Notes under the pieces: model-generated | Databases searched by the model: none | Told to the model about the DNA's origin: nothing | What the model saw: the letters and a program-made list of their open reading frames with translations, nothing else | Part shown: positions 43,116 through 55,599 of the stretch, in pieces | Layout: each line of letters begins with the position of its first letter | How positions within the stretch are numbered: position 1 is the stretch's first letter | Assembly (NCBI GenBank): GCA_016748015.1 | Contig: JAAOMT010000183.1 | Coordinates: forward strand, 380,370 to 444,369 | Length of the DNA stretch: 64,000 nt | Reading direction: 5' to 3' | From: Geosiphon pyriformis uo1 | Taxonomy: Eukaryota; Fungi; Glomeromycota | Translations under genes and position numbers: made by a program

Positions 43116-44295
43116 ATCCTTTAATCAAGTTAGTAGACAACAAAGAAATTAAAAAAAAAATAAAAGAGAAAATAAGAAATAAGCCAAGACAATTTGTAAG
43201 TTAGTATTCTGTCAATAGCCATAATCAAGAGCTATTGTTCCAGTATAGTTAAGTATCAGTTATTATCAACATGAAGTATTGATAGTAAAAAATAAATTTG
43301 ATATAGTGAATAATTATTTATTTGAGGATTGTAATAACTAAGCTAAGGATTCTTGGTGTCTCTTTTTTCTGCTTCTAACACTACTGCTATATATACATAT
43401 TTGAGATTCCTCAATTCTTCAATTCTTTGTGACAGAAATCTTGGAATTCCTGGAATTCTGCAATTCTTGATGAGAAGAATCCTGGAATTCTGAAATCTTA
43501 CGATTCCTCACTGGAGAATCCTAAAATTCCTGGAATCCTGCAATTCCTCTGAGAGGAATCCTGGAATTCCACATTTACTACATCTACTTCTGATTGGCTA
43601 ATATCTACTTGCTAATAATAATAATATACTTCTTATATTCTATAAGTAACATTATTCCCTCCTTTTAATATTGAGCTTTGTCAAAATCTAACTTTTTTAA
43701 TTCCCCCTCTTGAATTATTTCTTGAACTTCTTTTTTATTGTTTGCTTTGGAACTGAAATCTTCCAAATGTTAATGTCGCGTTTGATGTAAACGCATCTGC
43801 TGATGAAATGTTGATGACACTTCCAGGTGTATAGTGATATGATAAAGCAGTTAGTAATTTTATTCTGTGTTTTTTCCAACTAGGTAACTGTATTTCTTTT
43901 GGTGTTGCTGCTGGTGTTTGTATTCTTTCTTTATCTTTGTCTGCATAGGTAATGGAAAATTGTTGTTGCATGTATCTTTCAATGATTTGATTGATTTTCC
44001 TGATAATTAGGGCAAAACTGTGATTTCTTGGTAAGCTGGTGTGTTGAAATAATTCTGTATAGAAATTTTTTCTTACTGATTCAATATTAATAGTTCCTTC
44101 TAAACAGTCTGTGATTTTATTATTGACATAATAGTTGAAGGCTGATTCAGCTGAGTAGTGATTACTGTTTAATTCTAATTGTTGACTGTATTGTTAAAAC
44201 AAGGATTTTGTGAATCCTAAGTGGTTGGCTCCTATAATTTCTGATTCTGCCACGTTTGGATGGTGTTATTGGCACTGGTTCTCTATAGAATTATA

Positions 44296-44314
44296 CCTCA
44301 CAGGGAGCACCAAA
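44296..44314 (-). promoter_or_regulatory. Primer binding site, probably for elongator tRNA-Met
   Basis: TTTGGTGCTCCCTGTGAGG directly after the 5' LTR, complementary to a tRNA end ..CCTCACAGGGAGCACCA resembling eukaryotic elongator tRNA-Met; decayed copies in A and B. Confidence 0.75.
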
Positions 44315-47300
44315 TGTTATAGGTGATTCTTTGGAGTGTTGAGTGAATAACAAACTCATAACTTGGTGCTCAAAGTGATTGGTGATAATGATAATCTGAA
44401 GGTATTTTATCTGAAGATTTTCCAATTGAGTTCTTTGTATAATGGACAGAGATTCACTGGTAACAGTTTATTAGTAGTTTTCTGAAACCATAGTTTTGTC
44501 AATTGCTTACTCAGCTTGATGGTTGATAATTCTCCTGGTACAATATTCTCTGTAAGTGTATACCAGTGCTGTTTTCTGACGTCAGTTTCTCTGTAAGTCC
44601 TCTAAGAGTAAGTATTGTTTAAGCAAATTTATTCCTCCATAAGTCTTTCAAGAGTAAGTATTGTTTTAAGTAAGTTTTATTCCTCCATAAGTCCTCCAAG
44701 AGTAAGTATTATTTTAAGTAAGTTTTATTTCTTCATAAGTCCTCCAAGAGTAAATCCTTTAATCAAGTTAGTAGACAACAAAGAAAATAAAAAAAAGATA
44801 AAATAAAAAATAAAAAATAAGCCAAGACAATTTGTAAGTTAGTATCCTGTCAATAGCCATGATCAAGAGCTATTGTTCCAGTATGATTAAGTATCAGTTA
44901 CTATCAACATAAAGTATTGATAGTGAAGAATGAATTTGATATAGTGAATAATTATTTATTTAAGGATTGTGGTAACTAAGCTAAGGATTCTTGGTGTTTC
45001 TTTTTTTTGCTTCTAATACTACTGCTATATATACATATTTGAGATTCCTCAATTCTTTAATTCCTTGCAACAGGAATCTTAAAATTTCTGGAATCCTGCA
45101 ATTTCTGATGAGAGGAATCCTGGAATTCTAGAATCCTGCGATTTCTTGCTGAAGAATCCTAAAATTCTTGGAATCCTACAATTCCTCTGAGAGAAATTCT
45201 GGAATTCCATATTTATTATGTCTACTTCTGATTGGCTAATATCTACTTGCTAATAATAATAATATACTTTTTATATTCTATAAGTAACACCAGAGATGTC
45301 ATTGAGATACCAAAAAAAACCATCATTGGATACTTAATCACTGAAGTTGAAGATCAACAACCCAACTACATTCCAGATTTTTCACAGCTTTGTGAATATG
45401 TAGATATCACATCACAAACCATTTATGAACAAAGCAAATGTTATCTGCTCCAATTGAAACAATTGGAACAAATGAATTTAAGAAACTTAGACCCACTGTA
45501 ACAAATACAACTCAAAATATTACTTAACAATTTCAATAACATCTTTGCCAGTGAAAATGAATTTGACAGAACTAACATAATCCAGCACCAGATTAAGATT
45601 GGAAATGCAATGCCAATAAAACAAAGAGCATATAGAGTACCACCAGCCAGCCATGAGATCATTCATCAAGAAATTAACCAAATGCTTGACAACAAGCTAA
45701 TTCAGCCATTAATGAGCCCATGGTCATCACCAGTAGTACTAGTTCAGAAAAAGAATAGAAAAATCCATTTTTGTGTGGATTATTGAAAACTGAATAAAGT
45801 AACTAAAAGTAATAGCTATCTAATTCCAAAGATCCAAGAACTATTTGATGCTTTTAGAGAAAATAAATGGTTCTTGATACTGGATTTAAATAGTGATTAT
45901 TGGCAAGTAGCCATGAAACCAGAAGACAAAGAAAAAACAGCTTTTACAACTCAAGAAGGAAACTTTGAATTCGAAGTAATACCATTTGGCTTGATGAATG
46001 CTCCAGCCACTTTCCAGTGACTGATAGAAATTGTTTATACTGGGCCACTATGAAAATCAGTCATCGTATACTTAAATGACACCAATGTGTTCTTAAAAAC
46101 ATTTGATGATCATCTGCATCATCTCCAACAAGTGTTTAAAAGACTAAAAAGAGCCAGATTAAAGCTAAATACAACCAAATGTTTCTTTGGAAAAACTGAA
46201 CTCAAGTTTTTGGGACATGTTGTGAATCAAAATGAATCCAGACAAAATTGAAATTGTCAAGAACTTTTCAGTACCAAATAATTTCACAGAATTAAAAGCA
46301 TTCTTGGAATTTGCTGGATATTACCACTGCTTTATCAAGAACTTTTTCAAAATAACTCAACCACTATACCAACTCCAAACAAAGAATGTGAAGTACAAAT
46401 GGACAAAAAACCAACAAAAAGCATTCAACATATTAAGAAAAAAGCTTATCTAAGCTCTAGTATTGATGTATCCAGATCATAACAAACCATTCATCATTAC
46501 TATCAATGCATTAGACCAAGCATTGGGAGCAGTACTATTACAGAGAGAACCAAATGGAAGAGAGCATCCAGTAGCTTATGCCAGTAGAAGCTTAAGTCCA
46601 GCTAAAAAAAACTATGGAATTCCAGCACTGAAATACTTAGCTATCTATTGGGCTGTCATCAAATGAAAAAAATACTTGAGTCAAAAGTTTAACATATACA
46701 CTAATCACAAAAGATTGACTTCAATCCAGAAACAAAAATTTGGAAATGATTGTCATGCCAGATAGAAAATAGAACTTTCACTATTTAATTATACAGTACA
46801 TTATAAAAAGAGAAAAAACAATGGAAATGCTGATGGTTTGTCATAAATGAGACAAATTTAAAAACATTTTAACCCAAAAATATAACAAAAGATGAATATA
46901 CAAAAATATCAACAACTCCAACATTATATAAATACCCAATTGTTCAAGGAAAAATTATCTCAAAAGAAACAAAACAACATAAAACAACAATCAAAATATT
47001 TTATTAATTACCAAAATATACTGTACCAGAAAAACAGAAGAAATCCAGACCAGCCAACAAGAGTAATTACAAAACCAGAGAAAAAAACAATATTGTTCAA
47101 TATGTACTCAGACCCAACAGCAAGACATTTTCATAAAGAAGCAATTATAGAAAGAACTAAAAAAAGGTACTATTGGCCATTAATGTATCCAGACATCATT
47201 CAGTATATTCAAAATTGTAATACTTGTCAGAGAAAAAGAGGAACAAAACCCAGTAAACCATTGAGATCAATCAAAGTGAGACAACTATTCAATTAAATTA

Positions 47301-48297
47301 AATTGATCTAATTGGACCATTAACAATAACTAGCAAAGGCAACAGATATATTGCAGTAGTCATAAACTATCTCACTAAATGGCCAGAAGCTAGAACCATC
47401 CAAAGAGCAGATGCAAAATCAGTAGCAAATTTCATCTATAAAGACATTATTTGTAAACATGGATGCCCAATTGAACTTTTATCTAATCAAGGAACACATT
47501 TTGTGAATAGAACATTAGCAGAATTAAGCCAAAGATTTAGAATAAAAAGACCACTATCATCACCATACCATCTACAAACAAATGGGTTAGTTGAAAGGTT
47601 TAACAGAACATTGTGTAAAGTCATTGCCAAGATTAGCCAAAAAAACCAGAATAAATGGGATTTGTTCATACCATTAGTATTATTTGCTTACTGGACAATA
47701 AAGCAGGATACTACACAAACAACACCATTTGAATTAGTATATGATAAAACAGCAACATTACCAATTAATATAGAAATTAACACTTATTTAACAGAACCAA
47801 TAACTGAAGATAATTTTCAAAAAACATTGCTAAGAAGAACATATGACTTAATGAAAACTAGAGAAAACAACTGACAATAAACAGCTAACAACATCCAGAA
47901 GTCACAAAAAAAACAAAAAAAAAGACATAATAATCAACTACCAGAGAAACCAGTTAAATTCAAGATTGAAAACAAAGTACTTTTACATTATACTAAAGTA
48001 GAAAAACAATAGAGTAGAAAATTTGACTCCAAATGGAACAGACCATTTTACATAGAAAAAATTCTTGGAAATGGAGTTTATAAATTAAGATAAGACAACA
48101 AAATCTTAGCTAAAGCAGCACATGGTAATCAATTGAAACCATATTATCATATAGTGTCACCATCTACTAGGAATATTTCACTATTAGGAGTACAGAGAAT
48201 ACTAGTCCAACCAGATGAGATTCCACAAGATCTGGAACCAATCATAATTATTAGACCAAACACGTAAAATTAAACAATAAAAAGAGTATATAAAAAC

Positions 48298-48966
48298 ATG
48301 ATAGATACAACAAAAGACTTCAAAAAAATGGAAATTACTGACAATATTCACTCACTAACATGACAACTTTTCCAACTAATTCAACAACAGAATATAGAAA
48401 TTACTATCAATCAATAAACTATTTGATACCAAGATACCAGAAAGATATCCAAATACAAAAATCAAAGAAAACCAGAAAACACTATTGACAAAATAGTTCT
48501 GAAGATAAAATTAGCAATGGAAGAACCAACAAGTATCACCACATATCAAGAGTTGACCAAAGAAACTTGAAAATAGTAGATACACAAATTTCCAAGAAAC
48601 TTTTGCTATTTCTACTTGGAACAACACTTAAATATTCAGAACTTATACATAGATAAAACAAAGTGGTTATTCAACACAACAATATTGTAACAACTAGAAC
48701 AGTTTGTGGGAAAGAACAATTTGACCACATAAGCAAGAGCCATCTATTGGCTACATATTAAATTTCAAGACAGACCGGAAATCTTACTTCATCCAGAAAT
48801 GAACTCTATCACAGTTAACCAAATGGAAAAAATAACTAACACCCAATTTGAAAAATTACAGAACAAAATAACTCAAGTAATTCTTGAAAAAGAAGTTCAA
48901 GAAATACTCAAAAACAGCAAATTAGAATTAGGAGATTTGGGAGATCTCAACAGAGCTCAATATTAA
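48298..48966 (+). pseudogene. ORF3 of element B (unknown protein, ~220 codons, between INT and PPT)
   Basis: ATG 48298 MIDTTKDFKKMEITDNIHSL..LHPEMNSITVNQMEK..RAQY*; homologous ORF in A (31235-30575) and its C-terminus in C. Confidence 0.7.
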
Positions 48967-48980
48967 AAAAGAGAGAATAA

Positions 48981-49885
48981 TGCTATTCATAAAATATAGG
49001 AAGTATATTAGCATATAAATTAGCCAATTAAAAATAGCCATAGTAAATATGAAATTCCAGGATTTTTCTCAAGAGGAATTACAAGATTCTAGGAATTTCA
49101 AAATTATTGTACAAGAAATTGCAGGATTCCAGAATTTCAGAATTCCTCTTAAGAGGAATTGCAGGATTCCAAGAATTGCAGGATTTCTGGTATAAAAAAT
49201 TGAAGAATTGAGAAATCTCAATTATGTATATATAACAGTAGTGCTAAAAGTAGAAAAAGACAGAATTTTTTAGTTAGAGACCTCTTAAGTTTAGATTCAA
49301 TCTAAGCAACCTTCCATTCACAAATATTAAATAAATAATTATTCACTATTGCAACCCACTCTTCACTATCAACACTTCATGTTAATAATGATTGATACTT
49401 AAAAACACTAGAACAATAGCTCTTGATCATGGCTATTAACAGGATACTAACTTGCAATTGTTTTCATTTATTTTTTTATCTTTTTCTTTATTTTCTTTAT
49501 TTTCTTTATTTTCTTTATTTTTTTTCTTGTTTTGATCTTATTGTTGTACTAATTAATTGAAGATTAAAGTGCTGAATTATTGACATTACAGATAGCCTGG
49601 TAAAAGATCCAGAGAAAAGGGTAAGAATATATATATTAATGGATAGCTTACCAAAAGGGCACAACTGCCAGATTAAACTGGCCATCATGCTGAAGACAGA
49701 AATTGGGAAAACAACTCACCAACTACCTTGTCATCGAATTTTTGTCTATTATACAAAGAACTCAACTCTAAAAAAAAACCTTCAGATACAACCAATATAT
49801 TAGTATTAGCAGTATTATCAAGATATTAAACACCAAGTTACAGATTTGTTATTTGATTTAAGACCCCAAATAATCATCTGTAACA
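48981..49885 (+). repeat. 3' LTR of element B
   Basis: TG..TGTAACA; direct repeat of 37112-37998. Confidence 0.92.
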
Positions 49886-51500
49886 ATGTTGTTGTAGAGA
49901 TTAATAGGTTGCCTGATTGTTAGTTAAGTATCTCTCTAATTTCTGATTGATTGAATTACTAAACTGCTTTAATTTGGAATTCAAGTCAGATGATCTGTTT
50001 ATTACTAGATTCATGGCTTAGGCATGATTGGCTTTGAGTTCAGCTAATTCAAAATCTCTGACATGGATGATGACAACTTGAAAGTTAGCTAGATGTAATA
50101 GACATATGTATTGGAGGATGCTGCTGCATAATCCATGAATAAATTGATTTAAAATTTGAGCTACTGTAAAATAATTGGCATCAATGGCTTGAATTTGTCA
50201 CAAATTTCTATAAAAGTGTCCTAAATAGATAGTGACTGCTTTAGTATTTCTTTGTTTAATAGTAATGAAGGTATTGGTTAGACAATTAATGCTGTTATTA
50301 TTAGAAATTCCAGTTTAAATACATTAAATATTTGGGGTTTCTGGGCCAAGCTCTGATACTATGAGTCAGCAGTATTTTGTAAAAAATATGAGATTGCCTA
50401 AAAGACTTGGTTGTTATTCCAATTATTAACCATAATTGTTTTGATAACATCATTTATCCAAGCTTAGGTATTGTCTTCTTCTCTGATGAACTTTTCAAGT
50501 TTTACAATTGGGGCAAATACCATTGAAGCAATTACAAGTTGTTGTGGTGATTGCTAAAATAGTAATTATAGTTGTTGTTGTGGTTATGGCTGCAGTTGTT
50601 GTAATGGTATGACTATTAGTGGTGGATCAATCATAATTACCAGAGGTAAATTCTACTGGTTATTAATTATGAAGTTTGAATTGTTTTGATTAAGCTGAAT
50701 TAGAACAATTGGAGTCTGAATTTCCAGGTTGTCTGAGATCAGATTTTGATAATTAAATTTTTGATTCTCATCTTCTTTTTCTTCTGATTTTATTATTTTT
50801 TAAGGGCTCACAGTTCCGAAATTAGATTGATGTGGCAGTGATTAAAATCCTGATGGCATTAGTGATCATGAGTTAAATTCTTCAAAATAATTGTCATATG
50901 TTCTCAATAACTTTGTTTTCTTTTGTTTACTTTGAAATAGGAGTTAAACTAATAATGGTTTTGTGTTTGAGATGGATGCACCTGGTGATAAAATATTGAT
51001 AATGCTTCTAGGTATATAGTGATATGATGAGTTAGTTGGTGATTCTACTTTTGTTTTCTTTTAAGTGGGTGGTTGTATTCTTTAAGATATTACTGCTGGT
51101 ATTTGTAGTTTTCTTTTGCCCTTGTTTACATAAGTAATTGGATATCTTTGTTAAGTGTAATTTTCAATTTTCCAATTAATTTTAGTAATAATTGATGCAA
51201 AATTATAATTTATTGGTAGGCTAGTGTTTTAAATTAATTTTTTGTAGAAATTTTCTCTTGCTAATTTGGTATTTACTTGTGCTCCTAGAAAATATAAGAT
51301 TTTTTTATTAACATAGAAATTAAAGACTAATTCAGCTGATAGGTAATTGCTGGTTAATCTTAAGTGTTGACAGTAGTTTTGAAATAAAAATTTGGCAAAT
51401 TCTAAATGTTTTGTTCCTATTTTTTTTAATTCTGTCACTTTTGGATAGTTATTATTAGTATTGGTTCTTTGTAGAATTATATCTTACAAGAAGCATCAAA

Positions 51501-52275
51501 TGTTACAAGTAATTATTTGAAGTCTCAAATCAAATAACAAATCTGTAACTTGGTGCTCAATAGCTGACTATTTTGGTAATATCTGAAGGTTTTAGGTTGG
51601 AGTTTTTTGTATAATAGACAGAAATTCAATAATTGTTTTCAGTAGTCTCCCAGAATTGCAATTCCATTAATTTTTTTCTCAGCTTGGTGGCCAGCAATCC
51701 TCTGGTAAGTAATTTTTAAATTCAAGTGTCTACCTTTTCACAAGGGTCTTTTATCAGGCAATCCTTAATGTCAGTAACTTAGTTCTTAATCTTTAATCAA
51801 TTAGTAAACAACAAAAGAAATAAAATACAAAAGAAAATTAAAGAAACAAAATATAAACCAAGGTGATAAAAGTTAGTATTCCATTAATAGCTGTGATCAA
51901 GAGCTATTGTTTTAGTGTGATCAAGTATTTGATACTATCAACATGAAGTATTGATAGTAGAAAAAGTGATTTAGATGGTAAATAATTATTTATTAATATT
52001 AATAATTTTAATAAAGATGTAGTAATAGAAAGATATTGGTAATAATTTTCTCTTTTTTCTGCCTCTAACATTCTTGCTATATATATATAATTTAAGTTTT
52101 ACAAGATTGCTTCACATTCTTAAGCAATATGCTATAATTTCTTAAGCAATGTGCTCTAATTTTCTAATATTGCTTTACATTGCTAAGTAATATGCTCATA
52201 TGTTAACTACTACTCTCTTATTAATTTATCTGTTTTCTTATTATTTTCTTTTATACATTTTCTTTATAAGTAACA
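51501..52275 (-). repeat. 5' LTR of element A
   Basis: TGTTACA..AGTAACA; adjacent decayed PBS. Confidence 0.9.
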
Positions 52276-53068
52276 ATAACTACTAGCTATACAAGTAAGT
52301 CTACTGCCAGTTTGCATTTGTATTTTATAAAAACATTGCATTATTATTTGCTGATCACTGTTTGGAAACATTTATATAATAAAAAATATTTTAGTATATT
52401 GTGCCTTTATTGTGGAGAGATAAAGACTTCTAATCACTTTTTTGTATGTCTATTTGACTCTGATGCTTGTAAAAACTTGTTTGAGTCATGTTTTGTTCAA
52501 TAGGATGTCATGTTTAGTTTAAGCTTGCCATTATTTTGTGTTTTGCAGATGCTTTATTTGTGTGTTTTAGATAGTGTTATGTATACTGTTTTGTGTAAAA
52601 ACATTGTGTTTAAAGAATGGTGTTTAGAGACTGTGTTCTCTTTTAATAGTGTTAAAGTTGCCAATTATAGGATAGTCAATTTGGTGCAGAGTTTAGGAAT
52701 GGCTTACTGGACTGAAATATAGATGGTTAAGACTAAATACAAGGCAATTATAGAAAAAAATGGCCTGGTTGCACATAATAATTCAGTGAGGTTTATGGTC
52801 TATTAATATTGCTTTTTGATGATATCATTAAGTTGCTTGGAATTGTGAAGATGTATAATATTAGTTTTGGTTTTCAGAAGTCTTGCAATTTTTTTTCTGG
52901 TACTAATAATATAATGACTATTATAATAGATTTATAGTATTGTTCTAATTAGTCCAAGTAACTGGTCATATATAGAAAATATATAATTTGTACTTAGTTT
53001 AGATTACTTAGTTTGATATATTATGCTAGATAGCTTTTGGGTCTCATTCATTAAATGTTAAAAAAAAA
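52276..53068 (+). mobile_element. Same LINE, right part (Zn finger, 3' UTR, A tail)
   Basis: Frame continues across the insertion: HM|TTSYTSKSTASLHLYFIKTLH..LCLYCGEIKTSNHFFVC; A tail at 53060-53068; 3' UTR matches the LINE at ~61430-61550. Confidence 0.85.
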
Positions 53069-54260
53069 GTTTTAATTTAAATATTTGAGATAATTTTAAA
53101 AATTAAATACATATTATGCAAATTTAACAATAAAACATAACCTAATTTATTATAGTTTATTGAAAATTTTGTTATTAAACAATTATATAATTATAATTAA
53201 CATTTTTTATAATAGTATAAAAAATAATTTTTAATAATTATAAGTATAATTTTTTTAATATTTAAAAGTTTTTTATTAATAAATTTCAGTTTATAATAAT
53301 AATAATATTATTATTATTAATTTAAAAATTTAAAATTAATTTTATAAATTTTATTAACTTTTAACAAAAATAATTTTTTTTTATAAATAATATTAATTTT
53401 TGTATTATTATTGTATTTGTTATATTTATTAAAAGTGTTAGTAATAATTTTGTTATGCTTATTTAACAAAAAATAATAATTTATAAATAATTTTAATTAA
53501 AAATTATTTTTTATTAAAAAAACTTTTAAATTTTAGAATAATTAAGAATATTAGCCAAAAATAAATAATTTTAATAATTTATATTTTAATAAATTAAAGT
53601 AACATTTTTCATATTTTAATATAAACAAATTTTAAAGTTAGTTGTTTTATTAAAATTTTAAAAAAAAATATAAAAAAAATATAAAATAATAAATTTTTTT
53701 TTAATTAATAATTTAATATTTTTTTACAAATTAAAAACACTTATATTTTTAATTATATAACAAAAAACTAATTTAACTAAATTATAAATAATTTTTAAAT
53801 TATTAAACTATTTTTTTATTAACAAATACTTTTAAACCAATTTTTAAGTAATTTTATAAAATTATATATAATTATATATTTGTTTGTATATTTTTGTATT
53901 GTATTATGTTTTTTTAATTATTATTTGTAAATTAATATTATTATATATTAAATTTTATTAAATAACAATAATTAGTTTTATAATATCACAAAAAAATTTG
54001 TTTTTACATAATTTACAATTTGATATTATGTTTTTACATAATTAATATGTTAAACAAAAACTTTCTTTTTAAATTCAATTTTTTATGATTTTATTTATTT
54101 TTAATTTGATATTTATAAAATTAAAATTTGGTTTTTTATTGTAAATTAAATAATCTAATACAATTTTTTGAAAAGATTTCTTTAAAATACTTTTAATTAT
54201 ATAATTTTTATTAATAATAAAATTTTTTAAAATTAGAAGTTAATTTTTTTACATTTGTTC

Positions 54261-54294
<34 letters not shown>

Positions 54295-55599
54295 TTTATC
54301 TATTTTTTTTAATTATTTTTAATTATTTGCTAAAAATTTAACCACTTTTATTTTATCTTAAATATTTTTTAAATTTATAATATTAAGTAAATTTTTTATA
54401 CTAATTTTATTTATTTTATAATGTTAAAATTTTTGAAAATTTTTATTTGCAGTTTTAATAATCATATTTTTTATAATTTTTATATATTTTTATTTTTAAT
54501 ATTATAAAAAGCTAAAAAACAATTTTAATATATATATAAATTATTCTTAAATTTTATATATTTAATCTTAAGTACAACTTTTATATTATATTTTTTATCT
54601 ATATTAATTTATAGTTTATTAAATCTTTAAATTTACTATTATAGAAATTGTCTTATAATCTATGTTAAAAAAATATTAAATTTACATATTTATTATTTAT
54701 AATAATATTAATAATATTTATTTAATTAAATTTTTTAATTGTATTTTTCGTATTTATTTATTTATTACTAATTTACCAAATAAAATATTATACAATTTCG
54801 GAAACATAAATTTTATTAAACTATGTCTTTTTTTGGTTTGTTTTTATTTAAATTATTATTAATAATTTTTATAACAAAATTATTAATACATAATATTTAA
54901 ACAAATTTTTTTTTGATAATACTTCATTAATTTGATTTTTATTTTTTTTAAATAGTAATTAAATATTTAACGTTTTTTTATTTTTATAATTTTACATGTA
55001 TATGTTTTATTAGTTTATTAATAATAATAATCAATAATTTTAAATTTATATAATTCTTATTTTTACTTAAGATAAATATTTTTATATTTTGAAACTTACT
55101 CTTAATTTATAATTTTATACTATTTTTATCTTGGTTTTTATAACAAATAATGTAATATTACTATTTTTTGTATATTGTTTTATAATATTCTTTTATTTAA
55201 CAAAATTATTTATTTTTTATATATTATATATAATTATTTTTTACATCAAATTGTTTATATAAAAAAATTTTTATTTTTATTTTTTAAGAATTATCTTGTT
55301 TAATAAATTAATAATTATAATTTAATTTTTTTAAGTATTTTTGTTCTTAATAAATTTAATTGTTTATATAATATTTTTATTAATCAAAATTAATCAATTA
55401 TTAGCTGTTTTTTTAATTACATTATTTTTAATATATTTTATTTTAGTTTTTTTTATGATCTAATTAATTGTATTTTACAATTTTTAATTTGTTTAAAAAC
55501 TAATATAGCTATTATAAAAATTTCAAAAAATTTTATTGCAAAATTTTTTTTAAAAAGTAAAAACTTTTTTACAATTTTAAAAAAATCAAATATTATTAA

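Larger units (their letters stand above)
42677..45289 (-). mobile_element. Non-autonomous, internally deleted LTR element C
   Basis: Two 975-bp LTRs (44315-45289, 42677-43651); perfect TSD CCAG/CCAG; intact PBS; 663-bp interior made of 5' gag joined to the ORF3 C-terminus and PPT. Confidence 0.95.
37112..49885 (+). mobile_element. Ty3/Gypsy LTR retrotransposon B (decayed; inserted in gag of A; hosts element C)
   Basis: LTRs 37112-37998 and 48981-49885; PBS tttggtgcttcctgtgagg at 37999; PPT 48965-48980; TSD ACAT/ATGT. gag with CHYCDKQEHLQIDC knuckle (~39767); PR LILDNRSAG; dUTPase; RT (SPWSSPVVLV, FCVDY, PFGLMNAPATFQ, YLNDTNV); RH; INT (HHCC, IDLIGP, NGLVERFN, GPF-type C-terminus); ORF3. Confidence 0.95.
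29729..52275 (-). mobile_element. Ty3/Gypsy LTR retrotransposon A (decayed; hosts element B)
   Basis: LTRs 51501-52275 (5') and 29729-30556 (3'); PBS 51481-51500; PPT ~30557-30575; TSD ATGA/ATAA. gag 51438-49886 resumes at 37111; PR LILDSGS (~36335), Cys-rich region, dUTPase, RT (YLDNTNV ~33440), RH, INT (NSLVEKFN ~31905), ORF3 31235-30575. Confidence 0.93.

Noticed and set aside
42977-43204. ORF with repeated SSVSPPRVSIVLSKFY as a real protein
   Set aside because: It is simply the translation of the 48-bp LTR repeat and starts at TTG; no independent support.
44290-44315. tRNA-like 3' end cctcacagggagcacca
   Set aside because: Only 17 nt with no cloverleaf; it is the PBS of element C read on the opposite strand.
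47950-48270. Chromodomain at the integrase C-terminus
   Set aside because: The region shows a GPF/SH3-like tail followed by a short Pro-containing segment; no chromodomain pattern.
48298-48966. Calling ORF3 an env gene
   Set aside because: No signal peptide, transmembrane segment or cleavage motif visible.
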